Source: Octopus sinensis
Taxonomy: Eukaryota
Direction: 5' to 3'
DNA: 64,000 bases
Assembly (NCBI RefSeq): GCF_006345805.1
Contig: NC_042998.1
Span: 992,001 to 1,056,000 of the forward strand
Part shown: one piece after another, positions 1 to 12,194 of the stretch
How positions within the stretch are numbered: position 1 is the stretch's first letter
Layout of the letters: the number at the start of each line of letters is the position of its first letter
The notes under the pieces: generated by a model
What the model was told of the DNA's origin: nothing
What the model saw: the letters and a program-made list of their open reading frames with translations, nothing else
The model's database searches: none
Position numbers and translations under genes: made by a program

Positions 1-276
1 TGTATGTATGTATGTATGTTAATATGTATGTATATATGAGTGTGTGTGTGTGTGTGTGTGTATCTGTGTCTGTGTTTGTCCCTCCACTGCCACCGCTTGA
101 CAACCGCTTTTGGTGTGTTTACATCCCTGTAACTTAGCGGTTCAGGAAAGTGGCCGATATAATAAGTACCTGCATTTAAACGAATATGTACTTTAAAAGC
201 ATACATTCCACTAAAGTTCTTCAAGGCGTTGCTCCAGCATGGCTGCAGTCTCGAGACTGAAACATGTGAAAAATAA
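1..276 (+). mobile_element. SINE group C, 3' half (internal TATG/TG microsatellite, body and CR1-type tail)
   Basis: cgcttgacaaccg...gtaacttagcggttc...ctccagcatggctgcagtctcgagactgaaac matches the 3' half of the complete copy at 40234-40677. Confidence 0.8.
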
Positions 277-881
277 ATGATAGAATTTATTGGATGGTTA
301 CGGAAGGGTTACTAAGGTTAAAAATTTAATTATTTTAAAGCAGATTGCAATAATAGTGAGAAGTGAGACGGGGAAGAAACAGAGCCACTTGTGTGTTATT
401 AATTGAAGTATATTGGTAAGTGAATATTTGCCAGTCACTGTGATGCCTTTTCTTAGGATGCGGTTGAGGATGGGTATTTGTGTGTGTGTGTGTGTGTGAG
501 TAGTAATCGTATGTATGTAACATGTATGTATGTGAGCAGCATAGTCTTGTTTCAGCTTTCTAAATTACCAGAAACCTGTTATTTATTTAACTATGAAGTA
601 TTTTCTGGTTTTGATGAGTGAAGGAGGTTTGTTTTTAGCATTGTTACATAAACAAATCTCAATGATATATCACCAATGGTTATAGTAAGTTTCTTGGTCT
701 TCACGTTTTAACAATATATTGTGAGTAAACACGGTTTAATGCCACACCTTCCTTCATGGGATTATCAATAAACAGAAAGGAAACAGTTTAATTCAGAAAA
801 GTTAGCTTGCCGTTATTCAAGACTGTTTTAGAGATTATCACCAGTTTCGTTGCACGAAGTATATCTTTTCTTTTCCTTTCG

Positions 882-1170
882 CCCTTTTCAAGCCTAGCCA
901 GGCTCACGGGCCCGGTTTCCCGGTTTCTGTGTTCTCTCCAGCTGGACGGGACGCCAGTCCATTGCAGCGTTACTCAAGAAACAGGAAGACCGAATGAAAG
1001 AAAGTTTTGGAGAAAGAGTACAACAAGGGTCGCCCACCCCCCCTGGAGACTCGTGGAGCTTTTAAGGTGTTTTCGCTCAATAAACACACACAACGCCCAG
1101 TCTGGGAATCAAAACCGCGATCCTCCGACCGCGAGTCTGCTGCCCTAACCACTGGGCCATTGCGCCTCCA
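882..1170 (-). mobile_element. SINE with group A tRNA-derived head and F-type tail
   Basis: Minus strand reads ggaggcgcaatggcccagtggttagggc (A box) and ggttttgattccc (B box), then the tail gctgcaatggactggcgtcccgtccagc...gaaaccgggccc. Confidence 0.85.
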
Positions 1171-1172
1171 AA

Positions 1173-1345
1173 TGCGCCCTTTTAAAGCCTAGCCAGGCTC
1201 ATGGGCCCGGTTTCCCGGTTTCTATTGCGTATGTGTTCCCCAGCTGGACGGGACGCCAGTCCATCGCAGCGTTACTCACTTTTGCCAGCTGAGTGGACTG
1301 GAGCAACGTGAAGTGAAGTGTTTTGCTCAAGAACACAACGCGTCA
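1173..1345 (-). mobile_element. 5'-truncated CORE-like SINE (group D/F) with F tail
   Basis: Minus strand has the MIR/CORE-like cttgagcaaaacacttcacttcacgttgctccagtccactcagctggcaaaag and the same ~95 bp tail as 882-975. Confidence 0.75.
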
Positions 1346-1512
1346 AGAACACAACATACGCATCGCTTTTTTCACACGGATGGCACTTTTGAATTATTTG
1401 TTTGGATAATTTTATTTTCTTATGCCAACAAATATAAACATTAATTTATCTTGAGCAATTACTAATTCATCTTGACATTTACTTAGCGATTAATTTATTT
1501 TGCCTTCTGGAG

Positions 1513-1638
1513 CTGTGGTTCCCAACCTGTGGTCGCAAATGAAGTGCTGGTGGTCCGTCAGGATGTAGTGCTGGGGCCCGTGGGAAAACTCAGTTAAATA
1601 AAAGGAGTCCTTGGTAGTGAAAAAGTTGGGGACCACTG
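1513..1638. mobile_element. hAT/Charlie-type MITE
   Basis: TIRs ctgtggttcccaac / gttggggaccactg; degenerate NTCTAGAN-like flanks ttctggag / ttctagac. Confidence 0.7.
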
Positions 1639-1974
1639 TTTCTAGACGAAGGTCAGGCTTTACTGATGAAGACAGAATAAAATTAAAACAGCTCCGATGT
1701 TTTATTAATAACCCCTTCAGTAAATGTATTTGTTACTAACTTAGCTAATTCCACAATATCTTTGGGAAATAAATAAACGTCACAATATCTCTGTTACACA
1801 AGAAAAAAACAAACAAACAAATGTCAGTGTTTTGTACCTGTAGAAAATCGATCAATATTTTTCCTATATAAGAGCCAATGTGAATAGAAGAGCTTTTGAT
1901 TTACCTGAACAACCAAAAGTTCAGGTTTATTTTGAATGTCTGCTGCCTCCTCATCATTTTCCCTATTTTCAGTT

Positions 1975-2586
1975 GAGGAATCTCTCTCACTTCTCTTTCT
2001 TCTTTCTGTCTCATCTTCCCTTTTCTTTCGACATTTCTTTAACCCCTTCTCCATCCCTGTTTCTTATTTTCTTCCTATTCTCTTTATTTCCACCCTTTTA
2101 TTCTTCTCTCTCTCTCCTTTCTTTCTTTACTTCTCTCTCCCTTATTTTCTACACCACCAACCCCCTTTCCACCTTCTCTCTTTCCCCTCCTCCTATTTCC
2201 TCGCTCTTCCTCCATTTCTCTCTGCTGTTTTGTCTCTCTTCCTCTCTCGCAGCTCATCATTCCTTCTTCCTCCATGTCTACCTCACACTTTAAACATTAA
2301 ATCATATTTCCTTTCATTAACATTCTCTCTCTCCTACCGACAACTCTCATTCCAGCTATCGTTTTCATAACAATCCCCCACCACACTCACTTTTTTTCTC
2401 TCAGCTCTATTTCCCCCTTGCTCTCTCTTTCTCTTACATATTCTTACTTTCTCTGTTGTTCTCTCGCAAAATATTATCTCGAAAATTCCTCTCTCCTTAT
2501 CAAATTCTCACTTCCTTTGTTTCCATTTAACATCTCCATACTATCTCCTGTCTCTCGCACACTCTCAGTCCTTGTCTCAGCTTCTT

Positions 2587-2630
<44 letters not shown>

Positions 2631-2700
2631 CCCTATCTCTCACGCGCTCACTCAAACACACATATAGTCTTTGACTCTCCCGAATTGTCACTCTGTCACA
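1975..2700. repeat. Polypyrimidine low-complexity tract with a (TC)n run
   Basis: CT-rich composition; (TC)n at ~2588-2626; accounts for the F/L/S-rich ORFs. Confidence 0.85.
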
Positions 2701-3315
2701 GTTTTACAGTACCTCCTTGGAATTTTCTCTCCTTTTCGCCCTCAATGATGGAAACATGAGACCTCCATAACTTTCACGGTACACTTTATTTTAGAAGTTC
2801 TTCACAACATGTTTCTATTATTACCAAATATTGAAATATACTTGGCAGTTATTTGTGAAGGAGGATACCACTTTGATAATAATCTCTTTGCTTCTTTAGT
2901 CAGAAACCAGCTTTTTTATTTTATTTTATTTTAATTTGTTTCATTTTATTTTTATTTTATTTTGCTATTATAATTTCTAGTCAGAAAATAGCGACGTCAA
3001 ACAAGCAAAGCTAACGAGAAGATCTAAGCAGATATAACAATAGCATCGTCACATAAACGGGGAAATAAATAGGGAATAACAAAAATAAGTAAATAAAATA
3101 AAAATAAATAAACATATAACGGAAGAAAAAAATAACAGGGGCGGAGGAAATAGCAGAAAGAGTGTAAAGCAAAACAAGCATACACACACACATACACATA
3201 CGCACATACACATACGCACATACACACACATACACACACACATTCATCTTTTACCTTTTACTTGTTTCAGTCATTATACCGCGGTCATGCTGGGGCATCA
3301 CCTTTATATATATAT

Positions 3316-3386
<71 letters not shown>

Positions 3387-3390
3387 TGTG

Positions 3391-3771
3391 TGGAGGCACA
3401 ATGGTCCAGTGGTTGGGGCAGAGGACTCGCGGTCATAGGACTCGCAGTTTCGATTCCTAGACCGGGCGTTGTGAGTGTTTATTGAGCGAAAACACTTAAA
3501 GCTCCAAGAGGCTCCGGCAGGGGGTGATGGTGAACCCTACTGTACTCTTTCACCACACCTTCCTCTCACTCTTTCTTCCTGTTTCTGCTGTACCTGTATT
3601 TCAAAGGACCGGCCTTGTCACACTTTGTGTCACGCTGAATCTTCCGGAGAACTGCGTTAAGGGAACACGTGTCTGTGGAGTGCTCAGCTACTCGCACGTT
3701 AATTTCAGGAGGCAGCCTGTTCTGTTGATTGGATCAACTCGAACCCTCGCCGTCATGACCGACGGAGTGCC
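3391..3771 (+). mobile_element. Full-length SINE group A, tail T1
   Basis: tRNA-like head tggaggcacaatggtccagtgg; ends gtcatgaccgacggagtgcc; homologous to 12288-12682 and 29385-29744. Confidence 0.9.
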
Positions 3772-3854
3772 GAAAGAAAGATATATATATATATATATAT
3801 ATAAAGGCCACGAACAAAATAAAAAGTAAAATATAAGGAAAAATCTAATGAAGG

Positions 3855-4060
3855 AGCCTTTACGTTGTCAATCGGCCTGCGAGAAATAGTAGCTAACTCT
3901 CCTTCAAATCATACCCTGTTACCTTAAAAAAATGAATGATGCTTATGATAATGTAGTCCTGAGTCTACTATATCCGTATAAAAGAAAGGATGATCATAGA
4001 TTTTGATCAGCCTTTCATCATAGGTTTGTTCAAAGAGTTCCAGACCTGGGGCCAAACGCC
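3855..4060. repeat. Unclassified interspersed repeat (group G)
   Basis: Shares agaaatagtag, gataatgtagtcc and atcataggtttg blocks, in the same order, with 38335-38760. Confidence 0.55.
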
Positions 4061-4190
4061 AAATGAACAAAATAGAGCAGGAAGAATAAAAAGGAAGCAA
4101 AAAATAGATAGAAAAGTATCCATGAACATTGATTCTTTACAAAGGTCCGAATGCTGAAATTTTTTTCGGGTGGGTGGAGACAGACATTTA

Positions 4191-4384
4191 CCTTATTTTC
4201 CGGCATACAAGTCGATATAGTATATAGTGTAAACATACAAACATTTTCACGATTTTTCCAATTCCGACTGCATTTCACTTCGAATTTTTGGTCCTCCAGA
4301 ATCGTCTTTGTGTATAAGTCACCCTACTTTTATTTGGTTATAAATTTTGGTCACAAAATTCTGGCTTGTATGCGGGAAAACAGG
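4191..4384. mobile_element. Tc1/pogo-like MITE
   Basis: TIRs ccttattttccggcatacaagtc / ggcttgtatgcgggaaaacagg; TA at the left end. Confidence 0.6.
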
Positions 4385-4572
4385 ATCTATTGAACCCCAG
4401 TGTTTGATCTGCCGTTTGTTTTTTAATGGACCGCAAAATGATGAAAGATAAAGATGACGTTGGCAAGATTTGAACGCAGAACGTAAAGAAGCGAAACTAA
4501 ATATTACATATCATTTTGTTCGACACTCTATGATTTCTGCAAACCACTCTGCCTCAGAATCCCTTTATTTTG

Positions 4573-4770
4573 ATTTCAAATTCTGACACAAGGCCAGCAA
4601 TTTCAGTGTAAATGATATTGACCCCAGTGCTCAACTGGTACTTACTTTATCGACCCCGATAGAATGAATGGTAAAGTCGACCTCGGCGGAATTTTAGCTT
4701 AGAATGTAAAGACGAACGAAATGCCGCTAGCATTTTGCCCGGCGTGCGAATTCCGCGGGTTCACTGCCTT
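4573..4770 (-). mobile_element. SINE group B monomer
   Basis: Core gaggtcgactttaccattcattctatcggggtcgataaaagtaagtaccagt on minus; tail ctggccttgtgtcagaatttgaaatc. Confidence 0.85.
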
Positions 4771-4968
4771 AGAATCCCTTAATATGAAAAACAAAATTGA
4801 AAAAATAATCAGATAGAAATATAAAATAAAGGTAAGAATATTGAAATATTGTGAGCCTTATGATCCCTAGGGGCGTAATGTACTTAGAGCAAGTCAGTTC
4901 TGCAGGGTCTATTCCCTTACAAATTACTTATATGGTGATGGTTTTGTTACAGCAATTATATTAAAGAA

Positions 4969-5353
4969 CTAGCACTATGACCCGGCGTTGCCGGGTCTAG
5001 TGCTAGTGTTTGTTGTTCGTTGCCGGGTCGCAGTAAAAAATTCTCACTAAATGAAGAGCTAAGCTTCTTATCACATTTCAGCCCGGGCCAGTTGGATCTT
5101 TTTATGAGAGTAATTAATATTCATTGGACTTCGGCAATGCCTATATGCCCATAAGTTATGGGCATAAGGGGTCGGTTTATAGATTTTTTAATGGATTCTG
5201 GGCTAACTGGGGAAGTGAAAATATCTTCACGACCACCCCCAGAAATTTTGAAGGCCCATAGAAAGTGCGAGCCTTTTACTTGAAAAACTGGATTTGTATA
5301 AAGGACACATAGACACACATACACAGACATTTTGCCGTTTATAGATACATAGA
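4969..5353 (-). mobile_element. Non-autonomous Helitron (~385 bp)
   Basis: Minus strand: A|TCTATGTATCTATA start; subterminal hairpin gacccggc-aac-gccgggtc; CTAG|T end; AT target with no TSD. Confidence 0.8.
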
Positions 5354-5469
5354 TGGCATCATTCATTTTCACAATTCCAATCATAGTGCTTCCAAGCAGT
5401 TTCCCTATCGATCGTGACATCTGCAGCTCCCAAGGATATATACATTGATTTCTTTCTAGCACAGTCAAG

Positions 5470-5824
5470 AATGTCAGTTTAAAAGGGTTCTTTTTAGTGA
5501 GCTCACACATTTGAACGGTTTTTTCTAGTATGAGTAGGTCACGCATCTGACAGGTTCTAATAAACATAGGCACAAATACAAACACGTCTGAAGGGCTTTT
5601 TCAGACATGGGCATAAGATCACACATTTGAAAGTTTCCTTCAATTATAGACACAAGGTTTGATATTTGAACCGCACTTTCAAACATGGACGTAATAACAT
5701 GCATTTGAAGGGGTCTTTCAGGCAGGGGCATAAGGCAACATATTAAAAGTGATCATATTAGTATGGCACAAATTTATACATTCAAAGGGTTCTTTAGGGC
5801 ACTGGTACAAGATCACATATTTGA
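5470..5824. repeat. Degenerate ~39 bp minisatellite, ~9-10 units
   Basis: Minus-strand units begin tcaaat(g/a)tg, e.g. tcaaatgtgtgatcttatgcccatgtctgaaaaagccct; five of the first six units are exactly 39 nt. Confidence 0.75.
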
Positions 5825-6419
5825 GGTGAGAAATAAAGATGATTAAATCGACTGCAGTATTTCATTGGTATTTATGTTTATCGATTCTGGGACAGATAAT
5901 ACTTAAAACTGATGTAGATAGAATTTCAACTTAGATGAAAAACAAATGACTTCTAAATACCAACAGGTATTTCGCCTACGGCTCTAACAATTCTCCTCAA
6001 TCCTCGAACTTCTAAAAGAGAAAAGTATTAACAAAAATGTAAGCGGAGTAATATCGGAGGGAAAGGAATGAAAAGAGGAAACCTGCAAAAGGAAATAAGA
6101 TAAAAGAAAATTTTAAAAAAACATGAGAAAATTCCCAAAGTTAATTGAAAACATGAAAGGAAAGAAACTTAAAAAAATAAGAAAAAGGAGAAATTGAAGA
6201 GAAAATCTAGATAGAAATGGAAGCAGATAAAATGAGAAAAGAGGCAAATATTTTAAGATGAAAGGAAAACAAACAAATGAAAATATCTGATCAATAAGAA
6301 AGGAAAAAAGGTAAAGAGAAAAGGCAAACCTGATAAATAATAGTAAAAGTTTCTAACGTAGGTATAAGGCCCGAAATTATGAGAGGGTTAGTCCACAGCC
6401 TAGAGCCCAGCCCGACTAA

Positions 6420-7560
6420 ATGGGCTACGTGTAGCACATTCTAGTTCGTGATTTATTGTTATATATACTTTTCATTTAATGTTTCTTTATTTCACTATTC
6501 AGTTCACTTCACGTCTTCTAAGTATTTTTCTGCACTGTTCTACCATGCAATACTTCTTTCTTTCTTTATTTGAATCTGCAACATTTCAAAGTGTAGAATA
6601 GGTATACTCTAGCTATATCAATAAGAAGATAGTAGTTTTGTAATACTGTTAGTAGTTTTCTAATTTTCCTGCCCCAGTTCTTTCAATTTGTAACTGTATA
6701 TAACTGTCATATGTAATGCATTTATACCTATTATTTCTTGCATCGTGTTCAGATTTTGATATAAGCCTGGCCCTATAATACTCTTTTCTTATTTCCTTCT
6801 CCATTCCTGCTTGTTGTATCATCTGTTTTATCCGCTCCTAAGCATTTACATAGGTCACTCGGTTCTGATTAGCTGATTTAAATATCTGAATCTAATGAAT
6901 ATTATTCCCAATTTTAGTTAATTTATCTCTTCTTATAATAACTTTGACACATTTTTGCACTATCATACCCATTTTCAGGAGCAACTTATACAGATTCACC
7001 GGCCGATTATTGTCCTCTGTAAATGTCTCTAAGCCATCTACATAAAGGAGATGTTTCATAATTCTTTCACACCGTTTATAACTATAGGGGTATTCATCCA
7101 TAAAAATGTGTTAGTGGGGTCAGAGTTCGGCTAAAATGTACTGGGGACAAAAAGTTACCCTTAAAATATCAGCTACTTCTGGATGGTTTGAAGTTGGTTT
7201 TAATCCTCTCTACGTTGTTTTTATAGCATTGCTGGTTGATGTACTGAGTTAGAATCACAGCAGCCTGGTTTACACGGGATGTCTTCAGTAGCTTGGTGCT
7301 CCTGACAGTCGCACTTGTAATCCTCTGACTCTGAGACATAAATGTATAGAAAGACCTGTGATTCAAGAACTCCACAATGACTTTGCCTTTTTGGCACTGT
7401 ATTTCCAGTCCCGAAGCCATACAGATGGTCTTATAGGCCCAACTACACTCAAGGGGGAGGGAATTCTCCCATATTCCGAACAAGGTCATCTCCGGTTCGT
7501 GTTTTCGGAGCAACTGAAAGCCTCACTTGCCTTTTTAATGCGTTTGCTGACTGTTTAGTT
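6420..7560 (-). pseudogene. Degenerate Dong/R4-like non-LTR retrotransposon RT fragment
   Basis: Translated remnants HLLYVDGLETF, GMIVQKCVKVIIRR, YYRARLI, GRKIRKLLT and LHG resemble R4/Dong RT and downstream motifs (HLLYMDDLK; DRKTRKLLT). Confidence 0.65.
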
Positions 7561-10104
7561 ACATTGTTAGAGCAAACAGGTGAATTTTCAATGACTTAGT
7601 GTTTCCAAATTGCTCTTTTTTCCTATATTTTCCCCATATCCGAGGCCTCCATCTAACTTTTCTCGCAAGAAAAGTGTTGTTGTTATTGTTAGCCATATAG
7701 TTTAAGATGTTACTATTTTCGGTTAAAATATATTTAAAAGAAAAGTTATTATCTTGATTCGTTCGTCGATTTAAAATCTACTGGTTTTGCTTTTGTTTAT
7801 AGTACTTTTCTTCTCTTTGTGTGTCCAGGCGAATGCATGCGCGTGTTTGAGTGTGAATATGAACGTTCTTTTCTTTACGGTGTAGGCGGACCTTGTCATT
7901 ACAGTATAAGTTATGTTTAAAACAAATAAAGAAACAAAAAGTAAAAACCCCAACGAGAAAACACCATGACTAAAGATTAATCTTGTTTGTTATTTCAGTA
8001 TGAGATTTACCCAAACGCGTTCAAAATGTCCTGTTTGTAAATAAACCAAGGGGAGACATAGATTTTCATTTACTTTGACTTGTCAAACATCCAAAGTCAT
8101 TAAACCTTTCATAGACACTTTGTATAGCGGCGATAATAGTAAAAATATTGACGGAAACTTGAAACGAGAGAAACTGAAACGCTAATTATAACCGCTCAAA
8201 AAACAAACTTTTAAAACAAATCTGATAAAAGACAAAGATTGACAAAACTCAGTCAGACGGCAAATGTAGAATCTGCCGGATCACTTTATGCGTTCTGACT
8301 GGTCTAATGCAGTTTGTCCGTGTCCAAATTGGCATACAGGAAATATATCCAGTACTTTTAATGCTTATTATGACTCGGATATCATTCTGTAGTTAAGGTT
8401 GCTTAAATTGTAACACCCGCGTACCCGTCGTGACACGTTGCATAATGTTTTAGATATTTCACCAAACGAATCCATATTAAACTAGTGCCTAAATAGAAAA
8501 CTTATAAACTCATTTGTTTATATGTAATTGAAATCCATCCAACATTAGCCCAGGGTAACCACTAGTCTCCTCTCTTACATTTATCTCCTTTGTCGGTCCT
8601 ATAACAGTGCATCTCCTCTAAACGAGTAGAACGTCTACAAAATCGCCCAAATCCATTCATTGCACAATCTTTTTTATAATCTTTTAATTCTTTTTATTAT
8701 ATTCATTAAAATATCTGGTCATCTCCACAACTGCAACTTTCTGAAGCCCGTTTCTCTTACTCACGTGTTTCTTCCAAATATCGATCTATCTCTTCTGAAA
8801 CTCAGAGTCAACTACATCTGCTTCGCTAAAACTGATGAGGTCTGCAAGATTCATGAACACAGTGCACATACTCCTTCTCTTTTCTATATACTGTACGATG
8901 TCATATTTTAGGTGAGAAGGAAATGGTATTGAAAGATAAAGGGAAATATATGGACTAGTAGGGGATTTGGTGGATTGTGAATAAAGGTGAAAAATGTGAC
9001 TAAATGTTCTAAACGAGCATAAAAATAGATTCCAAAAGAAAGGAGAAAGAGAATTATAGAAAACAATGAAATCTAAAGGGAAGATACAGATAATGTAATA
9101 GCAAAAGAGAAAGGAAGAGAGAGATGTCGAACATGCAGTAGAAATGGCTTAGATATAAATTACCAAATAAAAAAGTTCCAGATACAGTCCAAATTCTTTA
9201 TCTTTCATGTTTATGAAAATAAAAGATATAAGTAAATAAAACAATAGCAAAAACAAAACAACAACACTAAAAGTAACAACAACAACAGCTATCACAACAA
9301 CCGTACACAGCCACAACAACGACAAACGAGATCAACTCGTAAGTATTCTTCCACATTTTCTAGCAAAATGGTTTTTTGCTTAAAGTCAGTTTATCGTCAA
9401 AATAAAGATGAGATAAGAAAATAAGTTGAGTTGCCTTTCAAAACAGTCGGTATTTATCTTCAACAAACCTTTTCACTGAGTCTGCCGCCATGTTTTCGTT
9501 AAAATTAATATCAATATTGTCCTTCGCTCCCCCTCTAAATTTTCTTAAATTTGAATTGCCAAACCAAAGGGAAAACTTTTCAAGAATATCTAGATTTTTG
9601 TTCAGTCTTCTTCACAGCTGGGATTCATTTAAGAACTTCACGATAAATGCCACCGTATTGTGGCAGATTTTTTTCCTTTAGAGCTTGTTCCTTCGACAGA
9701 AATGAATTTAAGAGTATATATATTTATATAAAGAAGCATGCTTCATTTAAATAGTTTTAGTTGAGGTTTGTAATTTATTTACTTTTGTGTGGGGTAGGTG
9801 TTCACTCTATTAACCTATCTATATTTGTTTCAGGTGGTAAAATTGAAATGCGCTCAAAGAAGGAGGCGGTGAGAGTAAAAGAGATGGAAAGAGAAAGAAA
9901 AAGAGAGAGAGAGAGTACTATGAAATGGGAAAGAAATATTTTGCTTGTTTAATACGTTGGCCTTTAACATAAACTACGACCTTCACTCTGCTCTGAGACA
10001 GATAATTCTGGTTATTGTTTAATGTGATGTATGAAGTAGGGAAGTATTCTCTAAATGAACTCTAATGAATAATAGCAATACAAGAACTATAAGAATAAAT
10101 TATT

Positions 10105-10895
10105 GATTTCAAATTTTGGCACAAGGCCAAAGGGGGCTTAGTCGATTGCATAAACCTCAGTGCTCAACTGGTACTTATTTTATCGACCCTGAAAGGATGA
10201 AAAGCAAAGTCGACCTCGGCGAAATTGATCTCAGAACACAAAGACGGACGAAATAACGCTAAGCATTTTGCCCGGCGTGCTAAACAACCAGCTACGACAG
10301 GAATTATTGATTTCAAACATAGGTCATGGCCACACATATTGGGAAGCTACAATCAGTTATATGATTTATATAGGACATTTGACAGGTACTTTATTTTAAT
10401 GGCCCCCGGACGGATAAGAGACAAAGCATTTTTCCAGGCGTGCTAACAACGGTCCTTATTTTTTTATTGCCCACAAGGGGCTAAACATAGAGGAGACAAA
10501 CAAGGACAGACAAACGGGTTAAGTCGATTACATCGACCCCAGTTCGTAACTGGTACTTATTTAAAAGACCCCGAAAGGATGAAAGGCAAAGTCGATCTCG
10601 GCGGAATATGAACTCAGAACGTACCAACAGACGAAATACCGCTAAGCATTTCATCCAGTGCGCTAACGATTCTGCCAGCTCACCGCCTTAGATTTGTAAA
10701 ATGTTAGTTTCAAATTTGGCGCAAGGCCAGCAATTTTAGGGAAGGAAGGATATAAGTCGATTACATTGACCCTTGTACTCAACCAGTACTTATTTTATCG
10801 ACTCCGAAAAAATGAAAGGTAATGTCGACCTTTGAACTCAGAACGTAAAGACGGACTAAAAGCCGCTAAGCATTTTGTACGGCGTTCTAACGAGT
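10105..10895 (-). mobile_element. Cluster of three SINE group B copies
   Basis: Three cores (~10150-10290, ~10520-10690, ~10750-10895); the middle copy carries the linker ccccttgtgggc. Confidence 0.85.
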
Positions 10896-11220
10896 TTGTA
10901 AAATATTAGCAATATAAGAACTGCGTCAATAAAACATAATTTCTAACATTGACACGTATAGTGAAGCAGGATAAAGTCCATTCCAGCCGCTACCGGTACA
11001 TGACTGGTTATTGTTTTATTGAGGAGAATGAAAGGCAAGCGTAGGCATGGTGTGATTTGAACTTATAAAGTGAAGAGGAACATTTGTGAACTACAATACA
11101 TTTCTTTTGGAGCACTACCAGTTCTGTCGTCACCTATCGTCTTAACTATTGAGAATGTTAATATTCATGTTAATCAGGCGATGAGCTAGCAGAAAATTTG
11201 AAACTAATATTAAAGTTATT

Positions 11221-11540
11221 GTGGAGGCGCAATGGCCCAGTGGTTAGGGCAGTGGACTCGCGGTCGTAGGATCGCGGTTTCGATTCTCTGACCGGGCGTT
11301 GTGAGTGTTTATTGAGCGAAAACAACTAAAGCTCCACGAAGCTCCGGCAGGGAGTGGTGGCAATCCCTGCTGTACTTTTTCGCCACAACTTTCACTCACT
11401 CTTTCTTCTGTTGGCCTGCTCTCTTAGCCAGCGGAGTGGCATCATTTGAAGGCTAAAACAATGCGAATTGCAGTGTGACCAGCGATGTGTAACAACATCT
11501 GATAACCTGGTCAGTCACGGTGGTCACGGTGATCTCGGTG
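11221..11540 (+). mobile_element. SINE group A head with tail T3, 12 bp TSD
   Basis: attaaagttatt at 11209-11220 and 11541-11552; tail tgtgaccagcgatgtgtaacaacatctg...gtcacggtggtcacggtga. Confidence 0.9.
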
Positions 11541-11552
11541 ATTAAAGTTATT

Positions 11553-11999
11553 AAGGTGGCAAACTGGCAGAATCGTTAGCCCGCCGGAACAAAATACTAA
11601 GCAGCATTTTGTCTCTCTTCCCGTTCTGAGTTTAAATTCTGCCAAGGTAGGCTTTGACATTCATCCTTTTGGAGTCGATAGAATAAATAATAGTTGTATA
11701 CTGGGTTCGATGTAAACGACTAACCCCGTTCCACGAAAATTACTGGCTTAATGCCAAAATTTAAAACCCATATTAAAGTTATTAGGGCAGCGAGCTGGCA
11801 GAATCATTAGCACACCGGACAAAACGCTTAGCAGCATTTCGTCCGTCTTTATGTTCTGAGTTCAAATTCCGTTGAGGTCGACTTTGCCTTTCATCTTTTC
11901 AGGGTTAATAAAATAAGTACCAGTTGAACACTGGGGTTGAAATAATCAACATACACTCCCTCCCCCGAAATTGCTGGCCTAGTGCCTAAATTTGAAACC
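11553..11999 (+). mobile_element. Two tandem SINE group B monomers
   Basis: Heads ctggcagaatc at ~11565 and ~11795, separated by attaaagttatt (11772-11783). Confidence 0.9.
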
Positions 12000-12194
12000 A
12001 ATATTCATGTTAATTGTTTGTGCCAAGTATCAATTATTGAAGTCCAGTATATGACATAAACACTGAAGCGAAGGCTAGGAACTTCCTAGTCTCTACTTAA
12101 GTCGTTAAATTCTTAGTTCAAATCCTGCGGTAGAGTCCTCTGAACTCTGACAACACACAAACCTTTCAAAACAAACGCGCGCACACACACACAG

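Noticed and set aside
5470-5824. C2H2 zinc-finger pseudogene suggested by HTRKKPFKC/KPF-like linkers
   Set aside because: The period is 39 bp, not the 84 bp of C2H2 arrays, and there is no C-x2-C...H-x3-H pattern.
8330-8900. Possible ancient RT fragment (QGNH*SPLL)
   Set aside because: One weak motif amid many stops.
11221-11300. tRNA genes at SINE heads (also 3391, 12290, 13668, 22686)
   Set aside because: A and B boxes are present, but there is no closing acceptor stem and the sequence continues into SINE bodies.
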